From NCBI RefSeq assembly GCF_004010195.1, contig NC_057728.1:53798535-53862534 (forward strand): DNA of 64,000 bases, in the 5' to 3' direction. Below, in pieces: positions 23,216 through 36,089 of this stretch (positions are counted from its first letter, which is position 1; each line of letters begins with the position of its first letter). Both the position numbers and the translations under genes were made by a program. This DNA is from Chiloscyllium plagiosum. Lineage: Eukaryota. The notes under the pieces are model-generated. The model saw only the letters and a list, made by a program, of their open reading frames with translations. It searched no databases and had not been told where the DNA came from.

Positions 23216-26097
23216 GTCATGTAGACTAACTGAGTAGTCATGAGTTAGTCTAACTGTTCTCTTCCAAGTGCTGCTCCACAAGGTAATGCCATTTAGTGGC
23301 TCATCATGTTACACTGCAAATAGGACCCTTTAAAAAGTACTTGGCCATTTGACCTGAGTATAGATGAAAACCTAAACAATCCATAACAAAAAGACCAAAC
23401 CAACTTGACTTAAGTTAATTCAATATTTCACAACATAGACCACTGCAGAACTAGCAATCAATATGATAATCCCTACAACTACAATGACAGCAACTTATAT
23501 CTATAAGCAAGCATTAACGTAATAAAAATCCCAAGGTAGGGCCAAAGACCAATTGAAAAATGAAATAATACCAAGCCACTAATAATTAGAATGAGAAAAA
23601 TCCCTTCAATCATGAAGCATCAGTCCACATGACAGGAGTTGCAGTGGGAAAGTGAAACTTGCATCTTGTCTTCCACCTGCTCTATCACAACAGCTAATTT
23701 TCACCCACCAAGGTGATCCCTGTCCAAAGGCAGTAGCTAACTTGAGAAAGCTTCAAAAAACTCATCTTTCAAGGATTGCCGGAGATGGGTGTTGAACTGT
23801 CAATACATTCATTATATTTGGTAATGCACTTACTGATAATGATACCACTTCGTTTAACAGCAAAATACAACATTTGTTGTCAGCTGATTGTCGAATAGAA
23901 TTATAGAGTGATAATTGGAGTTCATTTGAATGAATGAATGAATGAATGGAATTGAAACATTTGTGTTTACAGCAAACTCCGTCTTTCTATTAAGCCATTG
24001 CCAATCTATCATCCCGACTGTTTACATGTGATTGGTTAACCAGAAAATTAGATTGATTCATGTGAGAATGATTGCACCATCTAAAACATTCAAGAGTTTC
24101 TTGGCAGGAATGCAAAATGTATCCATGCTCCTCAATCACACGAAACGTAAGCTAATGAACAGTCTTGCAAATCACAATCATTGAAACCAATCCAATCTGT
24201 CATTCCTTTGTCTTAAGATTAGTAAAAATTAAGAAAACCAGGGAGAAAAGTAAATTAATTAGAGAGTACTTGAGACTGTTGACTTAATTAAGGCATTTTA
24301 AGAGCATTTTACTCATATCTGGAAGAAAAATATGCCTATTCTTGTAAATTTAAAAGAGTTTCTTAGGTCATTGTCATTTCCTGAGTATTAACTAACGACA
24401 TGAACCTTCCTGTTTATGGTCATTTGGAAATGTTGCACTTCAAGTCAGTAATGTTCACAGTGTAGCTGAGTAAGCTGGATTCAGATTCCAGCCTCTGGGT
24501 GGATGTAGTTTTGAATACCAGGTGATTGGAACTTTCAGCAGTTTCCATTCAGGGCTCTTGTGGTATAGCGGTAGTGTCTCTACCTCTGGACCAGCAGGTC
24601 AAGGTTCCTGTCCCACTTGCCCCAGTGGTGTGTCATAATATGTCCAAAGGGGTTAATCAGAAAATAATCTGTGTGGGCATTAAAGATCATTCTGGGAGTC
24701 TGAGTTGCAGTGGCCACACCCACACTGTAACCTGGAGTATTAGATAGTGATGGTAGAGGCACCAATGTTTTTTCCATCACACAGCTGACCAGGAATCACA
24801 TGCTATTGGCGAGTATTGGAAGGCTTTGTTTTGAACACATCTTCTTTAGCCACCCTAGGGTGACTCTTGAACTCCTGGCTCAGTGCTGAGATGCTGCCCA
24901 CAATGCAGCAATACATCCAATAAACTGCAAGGTCAACGCAAAGGGCAAACTGCATAGAAAAATTAAAATCACTTGGATCAGTTACCTCCGTGTCCCCATT
25001 ATTATTCATTTCTCTTAGCCTGATGGAACAGAAAGCTGACATATATGATAAATATAACAGACTCCGTACTTGGTAATGAACAGAGATAGAGGATAGAATT
25101 GAGAATCATAATGCAGTATTTTGAATTATGTTAGAAAAGAGACGACTTTAAAAGCAACTTTGGTCCCATTAATAATGTGAATGAGATGGAGCTGTTCGCT
25201 GGTCACATTAAGTTGTGACACAGGTTAATGTACTTCCATTTTGATCATTTTCAGCAAACCTTCAATATCATGAAGAGAAAATGATTGTGATCAGGCAGTC
25301 TTGTGGTAGAAGAGATTCATGTCTCTCATTAGAGTGTAAATAGTTTGTAGAATTTTATTGTTTTGGACTAGTCTTGTTTCCACCCTTTTTTTGTCAAAAG
25401 CATCCAGAACCCAATTTTACGAGTTCTACACTTCTTTTCCCTAGCTATGACCTCACTTCTACTCACCTGCCCTAATAGGAATTGTAAGACCAGGTGACAT
25501 TGAAACAGAAGTAGGCCATTAAGCTTCTGCTGTTCAATGGCTAATTTGAACTCCATTTTCCTGCCTTTTCCCCAATAATCCTTGATTTCCTTACTAATTA
25601 AAAATCTGTCTATCTCAGCTTTGAATATACTAAATAACCTAGCCTCTCCAGCCAATTTTTAAAGTGCATTCACAGCATGTGGTTATTGCAGGTTACACCA
25701 GCATTTATTGCACATCAATGAAGAGTCAACCACATTCTTGTGGGTCTGATGTCACATGTCGACCAGATCTGGTAAAAATGGCAAAATTTAAAGGACATCA
25801 GTGAACCAGATGGGTTTTTACGATAATGAACAATAGTTACATGGTTAACATTAGGTTAGATTTTAATTGCAGATTTATTTTTAATTCAAATTTCATCTTC
25901 TGCTATGATGGGATTCAGATCCATGTCCCCAAATGCTGCCCTGGGGTTCTCAGTTACTAGTCCAATTCTCTCTGTGATAAAGAAATCCACAGCCTCACTA
26001 TCCTCTGAGAGAATAAATTCCTCCTCATTTCTGTGTTAATTGGGTGACTTCTTATTCTGTGATTGCACTCTCTGGTCCCACACTCTCCAACAAGGGG

Positions 26098-27625
26098 ACA
26101 AAGTTAAAAATCACACAACACCAGATTATAGTCCAACAGGTTTATTTGGAAGCAGTAGCTTTCAGAGCACTGCTCCTTCATTAGGTGGTTGTGGAGCAGG
26201 ATCATAAGACACAGAATTTATAACAAAAATTACAGTATCATGCATGATATATTAAACAAACCTCAATTGTTGTATGTTTCATCTTTTAGAATGTGTTGCA
26301 GGTTTCAGTTCATTAATATATAAATCTCAGAACTTCTTTTCAGTCACATTCTCAAGCTACCTTAAGATTTTATTAAAAAAAGATGACATTTCAACTCAGA
26401 CAATGCATTAAAAGTGTGAGGTCAGAGTCTGTCTGTATTCCAATCTTGACTCAGACTGATTCTATTTCCAAAGTGGAATTTACAAAGTATTATATGGTTT
26501 GACTGCCTGCAGATTGTGCATTTTTTGAGCAAAACAGAATGTATCTGCAAATATAATTTTGCAAATACAAATTCACCCCATAGACTTATATGTGTGCGTG
26601 CGTGTACAGGAGAGAGAGAGAGAGGGAGCTTGTGCGTCTGAACGCAAGCTTGGTAAAATGAGTGCACATGAGAGAGTGTGTGTTTGTCTGTGTGCAAGCT
26701 TGGTAAAGTGTGTGTGAGTGTGATGGGATATAAGCCTGTGAGAGGGTGCATGCGTGGGTGTGAGTGTGGGGACCTTGGATTCATGTCACACTACAGGTGA
26801 CCCACTACGCTATACACTCTTTCACATATACACTCTTACATACTCACATACTCACACAGATCCTCTCTTCGTGCACATGCTCTCTCTCATATATACACAC
26901 ATACATCTCCCGCACACACACCCATACATGCACCCTCTCACAGGCTTATACCAACATCACACTCACACACACTTTACCAAGCTTACACAAACGCAAACAC
27001 ACATTCTCTCACGTGCACTGACATGCACACACATGTACACAGTCATTCTCTCTCTCTTTCCTACACACACACACATATGTCTATGGGGTGAATTTGTATT
27101 TGCAGTAATATATTTGCAGATACATGCTGGTTTGCTCAAAAAATGCACAATCTGCAGGCAGTCAATGCAGGCAGTCAATCCATGTAATATTTTGTAAATT
27201 CCACTTTGGAAATAGAACCAGTCTGACTCAAAATTGGAATACAGACAGACTCTAACCTCACACCTCTAATGCATTGTCTGGGCTGAGATGTTACAATTTT
27301 TTAATAAAACCTCAAGTTATCTTGAGAATGTGACTTCAAGGAAGTTCTGGGATTTACATATTAATGAACTGAAACCTGCAGCCCAATCTAAAAGATGAAA
27401 GACTTAACAGCAATCTAGGTTTGTTCAATATATCATTTCAGTTGCATGACAATGTAATCTTTTGCTATAAATTCTGTGTCTTATGGTCCTACTCCACAAC
27501 CATCTGATGAAGGAGCAGCCCTCCAAAAGCTAGTGCTACCAAATAAACATGTTGAACTATAACCTGGTGTTGTGTGATTTTTAACTTTGCCCACCCCAGT
27601 CCATCACCAGCTCCCCCACATCATG
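26098..27625. mobile_element. Second PLE-type family: ~1.5-kb inverted pair of terminal regions with hammerhead motifs
   Basis: 26098-~26770 is the reverse complement of ~26850-27590, followed by a ~36-nt extra tail. A hammerhead-like CTGATGAAGGAGCAGCCCTCCAAAAGCTA lies at 27504-27532. The element is inserted in a decayed CR1. Confidence 0.8.
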
Positions 27626-27734
27626 GTCCCACAAGGAGAAATAACCTATACACATCTACCCTGTCTAGTCCCCTATCTTATATATTTCAATAAGGTCAAT
27701 CTTCTAAATTCCAATAACATGCTTCACTGTGATT

Positions 27735-28220
27735 TGAAGAAGTTGCACGAGTGAGCAAATGCTTGGCAGATGCAGTATAATATGGATAAATATGAGATTA
27801 TCCACTTTTTGGTAGCAACATCAGGAATGTGGATTATTAGCTCAATGACGATGGGTTAGGAAGGGAGGAGTTGCGGTGATAAGTGGATGATTTTGTACTT
27901 AAACGTAAGCATTCATATGTAGCAGATGGTCAAGTAGTCTAATGATATGGAGTAGACCATTTAGGATTGAGATGAGGAAAAATTTCTTTACCCAGGAAGT
28001 GGTGAGTCTGTGGAATTCTCTGCCACAGAATCGTCAAGAATCAAATATTTACAAGAAGAAGTTAGATGCGAAGGTATAGAGGCAAAGGGATCAAGGGATA
28101 TGAGATGAAAATGGGGAAAAGCTACAGAGTTGGATGACCAGTCATGATCACATTGAGTGGCAAAGCAGGCCCGAAGGGCTGAATAGTCTACTTCTGTTCC
28201 TACTATCTTTGTTTCTATGA
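27735..28220 (+). mobile_element. Old CR1 LINE 3' fragment
   Basis: Decayed WQMQYNMDK and EMRKNFFTQ motifs plus a CR1 3' UTR. Confidence 0.7.
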
Positions 28221-28405
28221 ATACAGGCCCAATCTATTCATGGAAGAGGCAATGGTGTAGTGACTAGTAATCCAAAGGAATGCTCATAATCCCACCATGG
28301 TTAGAAATTTGAAGCCATGAAAAAACTGGAATTAAAAGCTCGCTTAATCATGACCATGTAGTCACTGTCGATGTAAAAACCATCTGGTCACTGATAGCCT
28401 TTCGA

Positions 28406-28452
28406 GTTAGGGTTAGGGTGAGGGTTAGGATTAGGGTTAGGGTTTGCGTTAG
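28406..28452 (+). repeat. Interstitial telomeric repeat (TTAGGG)~7, degenerate
   Basis: GTTAGGGTTAGGGTGAGGGTTAGGATTAGGGTTAGGGTTTGCGTTAG. Confidence 0.85.
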
Positions 28453-29476
28453 ATCTACTCTCCTTGTCTGGGCTACATGTGACTCTAGACCCATACAATG
28501 TGATTGATTCTTAACCTGCTTTCAATGACTAACAGGGATGAGTAACAAATTCTGGTCTTGCCAATGGTACCCATACCTTATAAATGAATGTTTTAAAAAA
28601 TGGGCCATAGATATCTGGACTTCACTGGTTTGGGAGAGTGTGCTAGTTGGGTGGGTTGGTTGAATTAAAACCTTCAAAACTGTAATTAAAATTAAAATCG
28701 TCAAGCCTATGATCAATAGATCTTCGACGGGTGAGGGGTTTAAGGGTTACAGAACCAAAGACGGTAGATGGGGTTGAGACATACAAAGGCAATGGGTTAA
28801 CTGAATGAGGGATCAGGCTAGTTAAGCTGATTATTCTGCCTTTGCCCCAGTTTGAAAAGTCTTTCAAAATGGAGCCAAGCTTACTAAAATGGCCATGGGC
28901 ATGAGAGACAACTTCAAGAACATTCACCGTTCATGAAATGAGGATTCTTGCAAAGTGAAAGAAAGAGAAAGAGAGAGAGAGGGAGAGCAACTTCTGGCTG
29001 CTATGAAGAAACAGACCTATTATTAGCAATCTTCCTGTCACATTTTATTGCACTTTGCTCACTGTTAACACAAGTGAAAATGCAGTTCTTTGGAAAAGCA
29101 TCTCCATCTGCTTTGTACACAGCAAAACCTCAGGGAAAACCATACGCCTCCACTAACTGAGAAACTGGACTTTTGATTCCCTCTGACAATAGCCTGAAGC
29201 CTTTTGGGAATGTTTCCAAACCTCTCTCTCTCTCTGCAGTGAAGTGAAACATATTATTTTAATATGTGTTTGTATAGCGTAGCACAGATGAAAATGAGTG
29301 ACTAGACTTTTGCCAAGAAAATCACTGCCTTACAGCAAACAGTATTTTCCACGAGAAAAGGCAAGCCTTTTAGCTTGCATCTTTTCCAAGTGTGGCAATA
29401 TCTTTATAAACTGAAGATTCTGGAGACACTTGGCACCTAAAAGGGAAATAGAAATATGAATTTGATTAATACTGGT

Positions 29477-29577
29477 GTCAATTCTCCTGCTGCTCGGATG
29501 CTGCCTGACCTGCTGTGTTTTTCCAGCACCACACTCTTGGCTCTGATTCCAGCATCTGCAGTCCTCACTTTCTCCTA
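29477..29577 (+). mobile_element. PLE terminal fragment
   Basis: GTCAATTCTCCTGC...CCAGCATCTGCAGTCCTCACTTTCTCCT, the same terminus as the other PLE copies. Confidence 0.85.
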
Positions 29578-31386
29578 GTGTGAGATGTTGCCTTTTATCG
29601 CAATATGGTTGGGTTACAAAGAAGAAGAAGTGAAACTTTGAGAGGGGACATGGGCTAATAACACAGAAACCAGAGTCTCTCTGGAGTTAACGCTTGGAGT
29701 CATGGATTCAAATCCCATGGCAACTGGAGGAATTCAAATTAAACCTGGTATCGAAAGCCTATCTCCATAATGCTGAGCATATCATCAATTGTTGGGGGTT
29801 AGTAATGTACATGGCTTATGGTACCTTCAGTGTAAAGCATGAGGGTGATCCAAATAAAGTATTCATTATATGGAAAGGTTTCAAATGTGAAGTTTTTAAA
29901 AATTTGTTCACAGGATGCGGGCATCGTTGGCTGGGCCAGGGTTTGTTGCCTGTCCTTGAGAAGGTGGTAGCAAGATGCCTTCTTGCAGGTCATGTAGTAT
30001 AGACACCCACAGTGCTGATGGGGAGAAAGAGCCAAGATTTTGACCCAGCAGCAGAGAAGAAATACCAGTAAGTCATGATGGTGAGTGTCTTGAGGGGAAC
30101 TTGCAATGATGGCATCTGCCCTTGTCCTTTGAGCCAATACAGGTCTCAGGTTTGAAATGTGCTGTTGATCGATCCTTGGTGCATTGTTGTGTCCATCTAT
30201 TGGATGGTACCCTGTGGTGGTGGTGGTGGTTCAGGTGCAGTAGATAGGGTGCCAATCAATTGGGCTGCATTATTCAGGATGTCTCTCTATCTGTGCTGTA
30301 CGCATTCTGTGGTTCTAATAGCCTTTGTGCTTGATTTTTGTACCTGTTGACTATGTCCAGAATTCTGAGAGTTAATAGTAAATTCCATTGGTTCTGATTG
30401 ATGGCCATGTAGCTCAGCAAATAAGGCTGGAGTGTTGTTGAAACTGCACTTGTCTTGGCACATAGGGACTATGATGAAAAATCAGTTACTGGAGAATGGG
30501 AATGAAGGACAATATTAAAATCAGAGCTTGGCAGTTCAGGAAGAAAAAATCTGAAAGCTCATTTTTGCACAAAGTGATAATGGAGTTCTGGTGATGTGGA
30601 GCTCTCTCCCACAAATGTTTAAGGATGCTGGGGCTACATTGGATGCTTCAGGATTGGGATTGATAGATCATTGTTAGGTAGGAGGACCAAGAAATATTGA
30701 GCTATGGTTGGGTCTTCTCACAGAATAGTTACAGCATAGAGGGAGGCGATTCAGCCAGTCATTTCTATCCTGGCTCACTGAAGGAATAGTTCACCTCGTG
30801 GCATCCTCCCTTGTCACCCCATTGCTCTGTACATTCTGCCCTTTCAGAAAATGATCGAGTTCTCTCTTGAAAGCCTCAATTGAACCTACCTCCCCTGCCC
30901 TCTCAGAGAGTGCATTTCAGATTCTGACCACTCACTGCATGAGAAAGCTTTTCCTTATATCACCATTGCTTAATTAATGCCTTCTCTGATTCTTGACCCT
31001 TGTGTCAATGTGAATAGTTTTTCACTGTCAACTCTGTCCATATTCTCATATCTCCTGCTTCTAATGTTGTTTGATCTGCTGGGACTTCTCAGTGTTAGAT
31101 AGGGAGCCTCAATTTCCCAACACTCAGATATCTTAATGTCCGATGTAGTTTCTGCACACGTTGTGAACTGCCAGCCCCTCAGAGCGCTGTTTTATTATGA
31201 CACGTGCAGAGTTCATTCTGAAAGCAATCGGTCTTCATTCATCGATCTCAGAAAGCTTTCCTGCGTCTTGACCATGGGAATAAATGGGTGAAGCCTGGGG
31301 AGTCCATTTGCTGACACTGGAGTGCCTTAGCATCCATTAGAGCCCTTGGATATGGTCTTTTAGCAAGCTGGACTGATCAATAGTGA

Positions 31387-32543
31387 CCTTAAATTTACCT
31401 GGACCATCTCTGACACCTCCCTTCCCTTCCTGGACCTCTCCTTCTCCATTAATGACGACCGACTTGACACTGACATTTTTTACAAACCACTTGACACTGA
31501 CATTTTTTACAAACCCACCGACTCCCACAGCTACCTGGATTACAACTCTTCCAACCCTACCTCTCGCAAAAATGCCACCTCGTATTCCCAATTCCTCCGC
31601 CTCTGCTGTATCTGCTCCCAGGAGGACCATAGAACACACCAGATGGCCTCCTTCTTTAGAGACCGCAATTTCCCTTCCCACGTGGTTAAAGATGCCCTCC
31701 AACGCATCTCATCCACATCCCGCACCTCCGCCCTCAGACCCCACCCCTCCAACCATAACAAGGACAGAACGCCCCTGGTGCTCACCTTCCACCTACCAAC
31801 CTTCGCATAAACCAAATCATCCGCCGACATTTNNNNNNNNNNNNNNNNNNNNNNNNNNNNNNNNNNNNNNNNNNNNNNNNNNNNNNNNNNNNNNNNNNNN
31901 NNNNNNNNNNNNNNNNNNNNNNNNNNNNNNNNNNNNNNNNNNNNNNNNNNNNNNNNNNNNNNNNNNNNNNNNNNNNNNNNNNNNNNNNNNNNNNNNNNNN
32001 NNNNNNNNNNNNNNNNNNNNNNNNNNNNNNNNNNNNNNNNNNNNNNNNNNNNNNNNNNNNNNNNNNNNNNNNNNNNNNNNNNNNNNNNNNNNNNNNNNNN
32101 NNNNNNNNNNNNNNNNNNNNNNNNNNNNNNNNNNNNNNNNNNNNNNNNNNNNNNNNNNNNNNNNNNNNNNNNNNNNNNNNNNNNNNNNNNNNNNNNNNNN
32201 NNNNNNNNNNNNNNNNNNNNNNNNNNNNNNNNNNNNNNNNNNNNNNNNNNNNNNNNNNNNNNNNNNNNNNNNNNNNNNNNNNNNNNNNNNNNNNNNNNNN
32301 NNNNNNNNNNNNNNNNNNNNNNNNNNNNNNNNNNNNNNNNNNNNNNNNNNNNNNNNNNNNNNNNNNNNNNNNNNNNNNNNNNNNNNNNNNNNNNNNNNNN
32401 NNNNNNNNNNNNNNNNNNNNNNNNNNNNNNNNNNNNNNNNNNNNNNNNNNNNNNNNNNNNNTGCTGCCTGAACTGCTGTGCTCTTCCAGGACCACTAATC
32501 CAGAATCTGGTTTCCAGCATCTGCAGTCATTGTTTTTACCTAC
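31387..32543 (+). mobile_element. 5'-truncated Penelope-like element spanning the gap at 31833-32461
   Basis: RT C-terminal part (FTWTISDTSLPFLDL, KPTDSHSYLDY) lies left of the gap and the PLE terminus right of it. Perfect 14-bp TSD CTGATCAATAGTGA at 31373-31386 / 32544-32557. Confidence 0.88.
31833..32461. other. Assembly gap (N run)
   Basis: Run of N. Confidence 1.
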
Positions 32544-33414
32544 CTGATCAATAGTGAGACTGAGCCAAGAAGCTGGAACAACATAACCTGATGTAAAAAC
32601 AAATCTGCATTCAATGAAATAATAAAAACCTTTAGCATCAGCCAGAAAGGGAAAATAAAATAATTTGTGCTTGGATGAGGAAAACCCAGGACATTAATTA
32701 GCACTTGGCTGTTCAGAGCTGATATCAGGAAGCATTTCCTCACATAAAGGATGCTGGGAGTCTGGAACTCTCTCCCCATCCCTGGTCGCGTTGGAGTCCA
32801 TTTGAAAATTTCCAAACTGAAAGTTATAGATTTTTGTTGCTTCTGGTAGAGGAGTGGTGATGGAACCAGGGCGTTACAAAGATGGAGTTCAAGTATAGAC
32901 TAGTCATGTGCTAAATGAAATGAACAGGCTCAAGAGAATAACCTTATTGTGCTAATACCCCTGTGTTTTGGAATAAGGTTTTCTATCAGTCCTGATGCAC
33001 AAAGCCACCAATATAGAAGCTGGAGCAGGCTATTTGGCCACTTGAACATACACCACCATTCATGGCTGAGCTGATCTTGGCCTCAGCATCACTATTGTCG
33101 AGAAACCGTAACCTCCTCACAGATCGACATTCTGTCTAACTCAACCTTGAATATATTCAATTACACAGACTCTGTTGCTGTCTGGATTAAAGAAGGAATT
33201 CCTCCTCATGTTTGACTCAGGATTTCCCTCACTCTGAAACTGCTACCTAATTCTAGATTCCCCCACAAGAGGGAATGTCCTCTCCAGCAACTTACCCTGT
33301 CAAACCTCAGAAGGATCTGAAATAAAGTCAGAAAATGCTGGAGAGACTCAGCGGGTCTGCTGAAGAGACAAACAGCTAATGTTTTGCGTGTTGTGACTCA
33401 TCTTCAGAACAGTT

Positions 33415-34355
33415 TGTTATAGACCAGATCAAAGCCCCTCAAAATATAATAAGGAGATAGCCTTGACCCTAATTTTTACCTTATTTAGAGGCAAGTGTAA
33501 GGTGCTGCATTCCAGATGCGATTCGATTGGTTAATCTACGAGTCTCCAAGTAAAACACACTCTATTCTTACACCAAAGTTAAAACACAAACAAAAAAGAA
33601 TTGGCACAATTTTAACTATCAAAATACTTGACAAAATAATATATATTTTAACTCCTGCTCATCATAGGGTGGTACAGTGGCTCAATGATTAGCACTGCTG
33701 TCTCACAACACCAAGAACCTGGGTTCAATTCCACTCTCGGGCAACTGTGTGGAGTTTGCAAGTTCTCCCCGTGTCTGTGTGGGTTTCCTCTGGGTGCTCT
33801 GGTTCCCTCATACAATCTAAAGATATGAAAGTTTGGTGAATTGGTCATGCTAAATTGCCCATTGTATTCAGAGATGTGTAGGTTAGGTGCGTTAGTCAGG
33901 GGTAAATGTAGAGTAATAGGGAAGGGAATGAGTCTGGGTGGGCTACTTTTTGGAGGTGTAATGTGGACTTGTTGGGCCAAATGGCCTGTTTCCACACTGT
34001 AGGGATTCTCTGATGAACTGCTCCATTATAGTAGTGTCCTTGGCAAAAGCAACTTCAGCAAAACTCAGATTGCTCTTATTTGCTATCGCCTCCATTCCAG
34101 GAGAAGGAATACTGACAGAATGAATCTACCATCAGAGAGAGAGAGAGAGTGCTATATCTAGCAGCTTCAATTCCAAAAACCCCAAATTCAATAAATGAAA
34201 ACAAAAACTAGTCCCCTGGGCCTGTGTCAGCCTGATTGCACTCACTCATGCTTCATTTGTCTAATTTTTTTAAAAGTCCACAGCTATTTACTTTGGAGCA
34301 GACACCAAGAGAAACAGAACAGAACAAATTCCTCTTAAAGGCACATCTCATCACA
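33415..34355. mobile_element. Solo LTR with an HE1 SINE inside
   Basis: TGTTAT...ATCACA termini (TG..CA, imperfect inverted repeat) and a 4-bp TSD AGTT at 33411-33414 / 34356-34359. Confidence 0.65.
33667..34012 (+). mobile_element. HE1-type V-SINE
   Basis: tRNA-like A box (GGTACAGTGGCTCAATGATTAGCA) and B box (GGTTCAATTCC), V domain TGGAGTTTGCA..TTCTCCCCGTGTCTG, and a HER1-derived tail GGCCTGTTTCCACACTGTAGGGATTCT. Confidence 0.9.
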
Positions 34356-34681
34356 AGTTCTCTCCTTCCCTCTCCACTGATGCTGCCTGACCTTTTTGCT
34401 TTTATCCCGTATGGTACTTGTTTCTTTGAACAAAATTGCTTCATGTTCTGCCAGTCAGCACAGGTCCAAGTTGCTCAGTCTCTCCTCAGCAGACAAACTC
34501 AAAACATGTGACGTTTGAAGTACTTTAGAAAGGCGGTCACTTCTGTCCTGTAGAAAATCAGGCAGCTTGTTTTAGGCACAGTAATCTCCCATGAACAGCA
34601 CTGGATATCTGTTTTAATGACATTAATGGTGAGGCAAATATTAACCAGGAGACCAGAGATCCCTCTCCTACTTTTTCTTCG

Positions 34682-35494
34682 AGATGGAGTTTAATTCAGA
34701 TAAATGCAAGGTGCTGCATTTTGGGAAAGCAAATCTTAGCATGACTTATACACTTAATGGTAAGGTCCTAGGGAGTGTTGCTGAACAAAGAGACCTTCTG
34801 TGCAGGTTCATAGCTCCTTGCAAGTGGAGTCACAGGTAGATAGGATAGTGAAGAAGGTGTTTGGTATGCTTTCCTTTATGGTCCTTATGGTATTGAGTAC
34901 AGGAGTTGGGAGGTCATGTTGTAGCTGTACAGGACATTGGTTAGGCCACTGTTGGAATATTGCGTGCAATTCTGGTCTCCTTCCTATCGGAAAGATGTTG
35001 TGAAACTTGAAAGGGTTCAGAAAAGATTTGCAAGAATGTTGCCAGGGTTGGAGGATTTGAGCTGTAGGGAGAGATTGAACAGGCTGGGGCTGTTTTCCCT
35101 GGAGCGTCGGAGGCTGAGCGGTGACCTTATAGAGGTTTACAAAATTATGAGGGGCATGGATAAGGTAAATAGGTAAAGTATTTTCCCTGGGGTGGGGAAG
35201 TTCAGAACTAGAGGGCATAGGTTTAGGGTGAGAGGGGAAAGAAATAAAAGAGACCTAAGGGGCAACTTTTTCACACAGAAGGTGGTACGTGTGTGGAATG
35301 AGCTGCCAGAGGAAGCGGTGGAGGCTGGTACAATTGCAACATTTAAGAGACATTTGGATGGGTATATGAATAGGAAGGGTTTGGAGGGATATGGGCCGGG
35401 TGCTGGCAGGTGGGACTAGATTGGGTTGGTATATGTGGTTGGCATGGACGGGTTGGACCGAAGGGTCTGTACATCTCTATGACTCTATGACTCT
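34682..35494 (+). mobile_element. HER1/CR1 LINE, 3' end
   Basis: VRPLLEYCVQFWSP...LERVQKRF...LRGNFFTQKVVRVWNELP, ending in a (CTATGACT)n tail. Confidence 0.93.
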
Positions 35495-36089
35495 CGTGCT
35501 ATCCATAGAATCCTAACTTTATTGATGTAGTCTCCAGGATGCAACTTGAACCCATAATCTTCTGATGTCAAGGCAAAGGTAATACCGACTGATCCCTCAA
35601 TATAGAGCTAAAGTGAACATCTGATGAATAATCCTGCTCATGTTTTGAAAGCAGTAAGATTTCTCCAGCACCAATATTAATGCTTTATAGATGTTTCAGT
35701 TGGAAGGCTGAGTAAATGAATCCACCTCAGGCAATATAAGACACAAAACATATGGCGCTGCATTTCAACCCCTGTTATAACTTTCAATTCCCTTTAATCT
35801 AATAACTAGTAATGTAATCACATAATGGATTGGTAATTGTGTGTAATCAGAACCAGTGGGTGAGAATCTTTGAACGGAAGCCTGTTTGGTGTGAAATAAT
35901 TCAATTACTTTTGCTCCTATCTGAAGCTGACTCATTCTCTCAATCACATTTTGCCTCACTGCTACCCCTGAGAGTGTTCACTGAAGCAAAGACACTTTTC
36001 TATATGAAGCAAAAAGCTTTACTTCTCAAACAGTTTCTGTTTATTTAGTTATCCAATGTCAGCAGCTGTTTCTTGATATCACATGGATT

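Noticed and set aside
26754..27197. His/Thr-rich ORFs
   Set aside because: Translation of degenerate (CA)n/(CT)n sequence inside the inverted PLE.
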